Origin: Blasia pusilla
Lineage: Eukaryota
Direction: 5' to 3'
Length of the DNA stretch: 64,000 nucleotides
Assembly: GCA_050084515.1 (NCBI GenBank)
Contig: CM114271.1
Location: forward strand, 34,906,001-34,970,000
The translations under genes were made by a program, and so were the position numbers. This document shows positions 55,466 to 64,000 of this stretch, in pieces. The notes under the pieces are model-generated. The model ran no database searches, was not told the DNA's origin, and saw only the letters and a program-made list of their open reading frames with translations. Within the stretch, counting starts at the first letter, position 1; each line of letters begins with the position of its first letter.

Positions 55466-57277
55466 AATCTCAAATCCTCTTCTTCCGTCATGTGAATGTC
55501 GTCGATAATATATTGGAGTGGCTTTCCAAAAAGTCACGGTAGATGATGCCAATGCAACTCCTATCCTTCAGACGTATCCTTCAACCAATAGTTCTTCATC
55601 TATTCTACGCTTAGACTTAGATTTCATTCACCTCTCAATCGAAGCGCTTGGACTAAATCCTCCAACAATTATAAATGAGTTGGTGAGAACTGTCACGTTT
55701 GTCATCATTTATTTTTGTTTGCATTGCGTTCCCAGATGGCGCTATTCCTATCAATATACTTCCTTTCTAATATAGCTATACGCTGACCATCATGATCGCT
55801 ACGATTCGCAAAGCTCGATTGCAAAGTTAATGTCAAAGAAGTAGGTCTGCCGAAGACCAAGGAAGTACATTCGAGACAAGCTCACTCGCAAAGTTCGTGA
55901 CAAACAATTAGGTCTGCAGAAGACAGTGAGGACGATTCGAGACGGGTGAATGCACGACGTGACGCCGAAAAAGAACGACGCTCTTACTACACGAGCTCAT
56001 GCTTGCATTGCTCAACTAGAGTTGCGGATCATGGCACTGATGATCTTAGCGTTCAAAAAAATCCATGAGGCGTCCGCACAACCGACATTTCCACCGCAGT
56101 CTATACTGTCAGGTACCGAGAGTGCGCAGTCCTGCTTCGATGTGAACTTTGTGGTCAAGCGTCAACGTTAAGCGCAAGATTTAGTCATCGGGAGCTTCTT
56201 CATTTCCTCGCGCAAATATCTCATAGGTTGGATAACAAGCACTCACCCTATCATCTGCATCATAGCCAATTTCCTCCAAAGTTTTGTTCATGCTTCAGTT
56301 GGATAATCATCAAGTTGCTAGTCAGTACTCTGGTGCTGTCCATGAACGTGAGCTTTTCTCCATCATAGTGCCACAAATCGTCATTGAACTCACTACTAAG
56401 TCGAACGACGTTGCTGATTTGGATAGTTTAGGCTCTAAGAGTCTTTACTGCACCAAGCCCTTTGATAAGAAGTGATGTAGATGGCCCTTGGCTAAAGCGA
56501 TACAGCAATCATAGATACTTATTTACAGACTGCTCTGTCGTGTCATCATTACTCTAGGAAAACAATTCAGTGCCCCGAAAGCTAAGAAAGTCTGATTTAG
56601 AATGCGCATTACTAGTTTTGGTCAAAGTTTCGTTGGAATCTCCTCGTCACTACACTTCCTCTTCATTGACACTGAGTAAGACTACAAAACCAACGTGAAT
56701 CGGAAGAGTTGGGATATGAACAATTCAGCAGAATTCAAGCAAGCAATCTGACAAGCGAGACCTGTCTCACCAAAACACCATCACCAACATGCTCATTGCA
56801 CCAGTTAATCTTGCAGGAACACTGTGGCTAGCATTTGTGGAGACTGAAAAGTTTCATGTGGAGTCTGATGGACGGACCTGTGTAGACTGATCGAAGGATT
56901 GCAGAAGAGTGACAAGGGATTGATCGATGAGGCACCTGGGCTCCTTGAGTGAGAGGTGACAGAATGACCAGAGCTGGTTGGTACATAAGGGGCTTTGGTG
57001 GTGGAGTTTAGGGTTTAGGGTTGGGATTGCACAACTCTCTTTTGGGCTTCATTCTAGCTTTTGAACTTACGAGTTTATAGGGTTCGGACATCTCATGGTG
57101 TAGATGTGGAGCAATATTATAGTCTCTTATCAAATAAATAGTGGTTTCCGTGGATGTAGCTTCTAGAAGAATGAACCATGTATAAGCTGGTGTCTTTGGT
57201 GCTTGTCTCCCTGTATATCTCCCTGTTTGTCTATCATATGTGTGATCAGGATCTCTATGTGTGGACATAATCTAAAC

Positions 57278-60200
57278 CTACTTGAGATTGTCTGGCAAAA
57301 GATTAGACATGGCCAAGATGACATCTCCCGGAGACGAAGACTTATTGTTGTAAATTTCAAAAGTAACCTTGGGCGGACTTGCTCCATCAATGCAAGCCAA
57401 ACAAACAGTTGCTACATCCCGACGGCTTATGCTTCCCATTCCTATGTCACCTGTCAGATAACCACTTTCTATCAGCACAATATTTCATCAGACTCATTAC
57501 ACACTCAAATTGCTAAAAGACAACGCCCCAGAAGGTCACAGAGACGGATTTTTCATTTTATCTAAAACATTAATCAGTCCCTTTCCTGCCTACTAAGAGA
57601 TTCGATCAGCTTTCCAGCATACACTCGATAGTTGTTATTAAGATATCCTCGAACTATCTTCAAAGAGGTAGATGCTACACGGATGGTTTCTTATTCTAAA
57701 GCATTGAGAGTCTGTCCCATCTGCTCTTCGACTCCTAAGCACCTCACTGTAATCTATACTTGAGTGAATGAATAAATAGATTTATTGTCCACAGGGGCTC
57801 CACAGGGCCATGGGACTTGGTTTTGAGACTTAACAACAATTTTGAAGAAAGAACAAGCACCAGCAAGGGCCTAAGAGGTCCTCTGAGCCAGGTGATTTTC
57901 CCTAGTCTTCACACAACTATGCAAAAATTTAGCGCTCCAAATCTGATTCTGCCTAGCCATGAATTCGGAGACCTTGAGAGCCAAGCTCATTCATTTTCAA
58001 ATCTCTTTACCTTAAATTGGTAGGGGGAGACTCGCCGATTCTCGAATCACCTACACGGAAGTTGTGGTAGAGATTCTTGCTATTGGAAGTAAATAACAGT
58101 CTAGTTGAAAATCCCGGAAAGCAAGATGAACTGGTGATGTTTGAGCACATTACCTTGTTCAAAGACAATTTCATGCTGACCACCGTTGTCGTTGTTCAGG
58201 CCACCAGGTCTTACAATGTAGTAAGCCAAATCATCTCGTTGCTTATATGCCTCTCGCAAAGCCATCTCTGCCTGCACTTTCACCAAATTACAAAGTATTA
58301 TCACTCATAGCTTAAATAAGAGACTATGCAAGGCAAGACCAACGACCATGTAACTAGAGTTTAGAATGACACCAAAGGATCTTCTGAGGATGTGCATTGC
58401 AAGTTCAATCTCTCTAGGCTAGTCACTGCCTTCACCTGTACACTTTTTGGTTGAAATGGGAACTAGAACTGGAGGTGTAGGAAGGCGATCATTAACATGG
58501 AACTAAAGTAGAACCTCAGGCACTAAAGAATTACCTTATTTTTCCAGTACAACACACGCCCAAACATTGTGTTCAGCAGTAAAGCAACAAATGACCATGG
58601 ACGTGTGACAGCCATCGAAGATACCAAAACAAAATCTGGAACCTGCAGTTCAAAAGGCCAGACATTTTAGTAAGAGGTGAGTATAACCATGAGATATACC
58701 AACAACAAGATTGAGGCTTGAGTTGGTCTCGAACTTGCGATTGTGAGAAGAGTCAAAGATTATTGTAAGTGTAAAGAACAGCAATCTTCAAAGTGACCAC
58801 GAACTATGATGATAGACGAATCACCGCCATGTGCTTGAAAAGAGATGGGAAAACTTGATCACAGAGTTGACAGGCACAAAATTCCCTTCTCTCCCAGGAG
58901 AATTCAGAATTCCTAGATAATTCCAAGGATGATTCTTACAGACAAGTCTGAAAAAAAACCTTTACAACAGATGACGTATCAGGGTAGAAACGTACTCCTG
59001 CGTCAATAGCTGCTTCAACCAGATACTGTGTACCCAAGTAGTCGACATACTTTGGAGTGTATTTATTCCACCCTGGTAGTCTCCAACCTGCTTGGGCCCC
59101 AACCGCACAGACGACAACATCGACACCCTGGCAAGCTGAAACCAAAGATTCCTTCTTGGTGATGTCTCCATTGATAAACTTCACCTTTGAAGACTGAGTT
59201 CCTGCTCATCACACAAACCAATCTTCCATAACCAACTTCTCTTAGGCTGCATAACTAACATCCATCTCCAAATCAGACAGTCCCCTCTCTCATGACAGTG
59301 TCAAACACTTAACCAAAACCCATACCCAATCTTAACTGAGACATTCACAGCAGCACGAATCACCACATGGTAGGAGCAACAGGCTACTCCTCTGAAAACA
59401 AAATGTTGTGAAGAGATCTGATTTTAACCCACAGAAAGCTTCTAACGCAAAATTTGATGATCCCACTCCACCATAGCTTGATTCGAGCAAGAAACTGTAG
59501 GTGTTGGAAAGGAGTTGAAGAAAACTACTCTCACAGGTGCAGCCTGAAGTGTTACAGGGCTGGGCTTCCATGAACTGTAGGCCCAGCCATTAGACAAAAT
59601 ACATGATGATGGAACCAAATAACTTGGAGATGAGGCTGTACCAATGGCTTTGCTGGCCCGCTCTTGATTACGCACGAGAGCAAGCACTTCATATTGATTC
59701 CCCTTCTCTAGGAGAGCTTTGGTTACCTGCAAGACGTTCCAAAATTGTTCACCACTCTCTCTCTATGAAGGGCCTTGCATTCAACTTCCCAAGATGTCCT
59801 CAAAAGCAACCAATCTAAATTCTAACACATACAACAATTCAACCTTGTGTGGCATACAGTTATACACAATTTCATAAGAGAATTTATGGTATTATTATCT
59901 TTGAACACATGGCTTCCATGACACATAAAGAAACTCTTATGACTTTCAGACTAACATGAAAAGTTTGTCGTGAGCAGTTCTGTGACAAAGGTTTGTTGTC
60001 CTCTAAGACACCATTTCACATAGATTTTAAGTTTGGTGTTAGTTCTACCTTTCTGATTAGTTTTCCTTTTTAATACTTAAATAAAAGAATAACAATGAAA
60101 TGTCTACGACCTTCCCAAGTAAGCAAGGCAACGTCTCGGGCTCTCTAGTGTTTACCCATGGTAATTCCTTACCATCGAAAAATATCAAACACTACCAATA

Positions 60201-62197
60201 ACAAGGAATCAAGACAGAGATGTATTCAGGAGATCTCCAAACCAATTGGATAAAAGGAAAATCAAGAATCTTCATTGTGGATCAGATGGACATAGTATCA
60301 TGTCTCAAATCCAGTTCTGCCCGTATTTTGAGTCATGCACAAGTAAGCATTTGGATGATCCTAGAATCCAAATACAACGATTATAAGATCACTCTATGGA
60401 TAGTTTTTCATGAAGCCAACAAATCCCACACAATTTAAGAACGAATTCGAGCCCCGACCATATATGTTCTTAGAATTTGGATCGAATACTCTTTGCCTTG
60501 TCCACTAACACTCATATCGGACGTACTCTACTGGTTAAAATGATCGGAGGAATGGACGAATCTTCCATTCCCATGTGACCTTCCTAACACCAATATGACA
60601 CACACAAATGGAAGGATCACAATAACACAAATCTTCATTATTTTACAACATGCTCAAGCCATGGGAGATGCCAATACTAAAGGCCACATAACTAGTATTC
60701 AATTTTCATTAGTAGTTATTAAATTTAGTTATGTTGTTAGCGAAATTAAGTTCCCCTTTCCCTTCTCCCTCTAACATGTTGTGACCTTGGAATTCATTGG
60801 CTCTTTGATTCCCCCTATTGTACCCATCCCCTTTTGATCCATCATTATATTCCTTGCAATATCCTTACACAAACCATATATTTTACAAAATTGAAAAAAA
60901 AAAGAACATTAAATTTTAAAGATACTCAACCCAATTCACATGCACAAGCATCTATATTATTATTGGAGAGTTCCCCTTCATTTTGCAAACTCATCCCATC
61001 CTAACATTTGGCATTTTAGTCAATAGGATCATTTACCTTTTGAGGTAATACGATCGTTAGACATTAATTTAAAATGGTACATGAGAGTTAATTATGGGAG
61101 GTAATGTGAACCCGTGTGCTTACATTAAAAATATTTACTAGACACTCGTATTCCGGACATTTGGTATCTACTTCCCAATTTGTGTGCGGACTTCATTTTT
61201 GGGACCTTCACATGGACACAACTGCCCATGGAATTCAAAGCAAAGGTTCCACTCTCATTGGTTAAATGTCCCAAGGCTAGACTTTCCTCCCACTAAAAGC
61301 AAGCTACGGATTTCTCACCTATCCACAAATAATTCATATTTGATTCTTGCTAGCTATTTCTATATTGTGATGAGAGACAACCCTTTCAACACCCAACACC
61401 TCTTGTGAGACACAAATCCTCTACGATCCTTCGAGTTAGAATAAACTTATAAAACTTGGGAGCACTTGAATGCGGATTGACGTAATGGAAGTTTCAATGA
61501 TGGATAATTTAAAATTATCCTTTGTCTTAGAGCTCAATCCCATGGGCAAGCTAACAAATCTCGACGACCATCATCTCTACGTCCAAGACAGGTTACCGAT
61601 CTATGTTATTATTGGAGAGTGACATTACAAAGGTGCCACACCTCTTGATGACGCATGTCTTTTCGGGCCAATAGCCTTTTTGGGTCGAATTTTCCCTTCC
61701 GAGTTCACCCGTGCGTGGCACGAGCACCAGCTAGTGGACAAAGTGACCGATCCCTCATAACTACTTCTAGTCAAGGAAAACCTGGTGTACCATGATTAGC
61801 CCCTTCACTCCCATGCATAACACTAGTGTCAGGGTCCTTGTGTGAGATCCGCTTGTCGCTTCGAGGGGACTGGCGGTCTCCTTTCGCATTTAGGACCCTG
61901 TCCCGTAGAAAGGAGGGCTCCTCCGAAATCCTAATCGTACTGAATTGGACGGCTTACAAGCGACGACACGGCCAACCTCAATCTGGACTCTAGATGCACG
62001 GGAGTTCAGAAAAGGCGAAATTCCGGATGATTTCAGGACTTTCTTTCTTGAAGACAGTCTTTAGGGTTCAGTCATACCGTTTGGCACCTGAAGTCCTACT
62101 CCTCTCAAACTCGTGCACTCATGAGAAATTCAAGTGTTAGATTGACTACCTGAAGTCCTACTCCACTGCTGGCTCCGACGATCAAAACCTTCACCAT
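57278..62197 (-). CDS. NAD(P)-binding Rossmann-fold protein (atypical SDR, NAD_binding_10 type), ~245 aa, 6 exons
   Basis: Exons 62197-62150, 59726-59642, 59201-58996, 58642-58535, 58271-58154, 57450-57278 (738 nt). VLIVGASSGVGLQV, VDYLGT, FVLVSS, YYIVRPGGL, GSISRRDVA. Confidence 0.88.
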
Positions 62198-62316
62198 CTC
62201 GCTCGGCCCCTCTTCGTCTCTGCCACTCAAACCGGGAGCAGCAATGTGAGGAACGTTCGGAATTGTGAAATGTACAACTTGTTCATCACGTCTAGTTGAG
62301 CTTTTCCGGTCTCACA

Positions 62317-62413
62317 TTAAAGAAACTGCGAGTCACTGGTCATGTAGATCAGGAAAGTGTGATCCTATTAAAGAAACTGCGAGCCACTGGTAATGTAGAT
62401 CAGGAAAGTGTGA
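62317..62413. repeat. 51-bp tandem repeat x2 upstream of the Rossmann-fold gene
   Basis: ttaaagaaactgcgag.cactggt.atgtagatcaggaaagtgtga occurs twice. Confidence 0.9.
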
Positions 62414-64000
62414 GAACAGGAGCAGTACTTCGGCCGGACAATTGTAGGACTAGGAAGAATGCACAAAGAGAGACGAGAGGAAATCCACTACGAAATTTCT
62501 GCACCAAGCCTTGATAATGGATTTCTGCGTTACAATTGGTAGAGTTGACGATCGGGAAGAGGATGCAGTACCAATTGTAATGCAGAACCGACCGTTTGGG
62601 ATACAGGTTCACTCCGTCCGCAACATTCCTGTTTAGCGAGAGAGCTATGGCCGGATCGCGCGGAGCTGGCAGGTAGTAAGTGACAAATGTGCTCTGCTGA
62701 CGGTGTTTACTCCTGGCCGCAGCAGAGGTGAGAGATGTCAGGCAAGGGCTGTCCTCGGTTCGAGGAATAGACAGCGTCGTGCGAAGGGGTGACCGTCGTG
62801 AATGTGATGCAACTATACCTTGCCACTTTCACAGAATGTGAGCGAGAAATCTTCTCAATTTTTTCAAGGACACTGAAAGTGACCGAGAATCGAACGGGGA
62901 TGCATGCTCGTGCCAACAGAAAGCAAAATTACTGTACCGCAGCTTATCTGTTGGATTTCCTCCACCCGATCGAAACGCTTCTCCCTCGAGCTCCTCGAGC
63001 TGCGACAAGCCACACAAGCAGAGAAAGTGAGGGCAATTAGGCTGGAGTACGTCTGGCAAGCAATCCTGCGGATGTCCGATTGACCAGACACGGGAAATCG
63101 AAGGCCGTTGCAGGACATTCACATCTAGCGAAAAGAAAAAAAAAATTCAGGGAAACAAGCGGATTTTCGGGTCTGTTCAACGCACTTCTGCTCCGTCACA
63201 GTGGCCACGTTACAGTCGTGTTGAGGAAACCTCTTCACGTAGGCGTTCTTCAACGCCTCACGTCCAACCAACCCTAGAGATTTCAATTTGGGTAGCGTAA
63301 AGCATTATGAGCTTTCTCCTTTGGGATGGAGTCCACCGAACGTATCTATCGTATGGTCGCCCTGTGAGCAAGCACATGATTTCCGGGCTTGACTCCTTCC
63401 CTCGGAATGCTTTGGATGATGTACGGATGGACTATATCCAGACCTGATGTAAGGCTGTTATTGAGACGTCGATAATGAGGAATCTCATCATGGATTACCG
63501 CAGCGTTAATCTTGGAGCCAAGACTGATGTGAAGAAGTAGCCGCCGATCTTTACTACGTCGAGAGAACCGTATGAGCCAACGACCTGAATGGTTTCAGTC
63601 ACAACCAAAGAAGGTGGGCAGCGACGAGCTAGCACTTGGATGCTGAAGATGTTGAGGGGCTCGTCTGCAGAACCTCCAATCGCGGGTTGTGCAATTGTGA
63701 GCGTTACCCTCCACTTCCAGCATCTGTTTCCTTACTCTTCTTCATCATATTCTTCTTCTTCAAATTTGTATTGCTGTAGTATTGCAGTTGTATCGCTTGT
63801 ATTTCCTGTATTGCTATTGTCTTGCAGTATATTATTCTGAATCTTCGATTCGAGCTTTTCCTGCTTGAGCTACGAGTTCTGTAAGTTTTCAAATAATCGG
63901 GACATGTTTGGCGTCAGCATGCGACGTCATCGGATTTGTAGTTTCGCTTGGGTCCTGAGGAAGATGCAGGCTTTGGATTTGAGATTCGGCTCGGCTCCGC

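Noticed and set aside
62700-64000. Possible gene at the window end
   Set aside because: No consistent frame or motif found.

Overview
Eukaryotic, intron-containing plant DNA; a non-seed land plant such as a bryophyte is my inference from gene style. Four intact host genes lie on the minus strand: ARC6, an STK16-like kinase, a UBZ-finger AlkB dioxygenase and an NAD(P)-binding Rossmann protein. They are surrounded by decayed transposons: a chromodomain Ty3/Gypsy, LINE pieces and a P/THAP9-like transposase relic. The standout is a decayed Ty3/Gypsy family with about 9 terminal-repeat copies in the window. Its pol can be rebuilt as protease - DNMT3-like cytosine methyltransferase - RT - RNase H - DDE integrase - PHD finger. 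Its termini are not ordinary LTRs but split direct repeats, A...PPT-B-(AC)-A-B (A ~518 bp, B ~127 bp). The polypurine tract and a Tf1-like self-priming site define a B+A reverse-transcription LTR. The integrated ends (TGTC...GACA, 4-bp TSDs GAGT, ACCT, AACT) instead come from a palindromic junction inside that LTR, which suggests integration of a circular intermediate by a DDE integrase. A 4.5-kb inversion breaks exactly at this junction. All copies are pseudogenised. The mechanism is inference from hand alignment and translation; no database searches were run.
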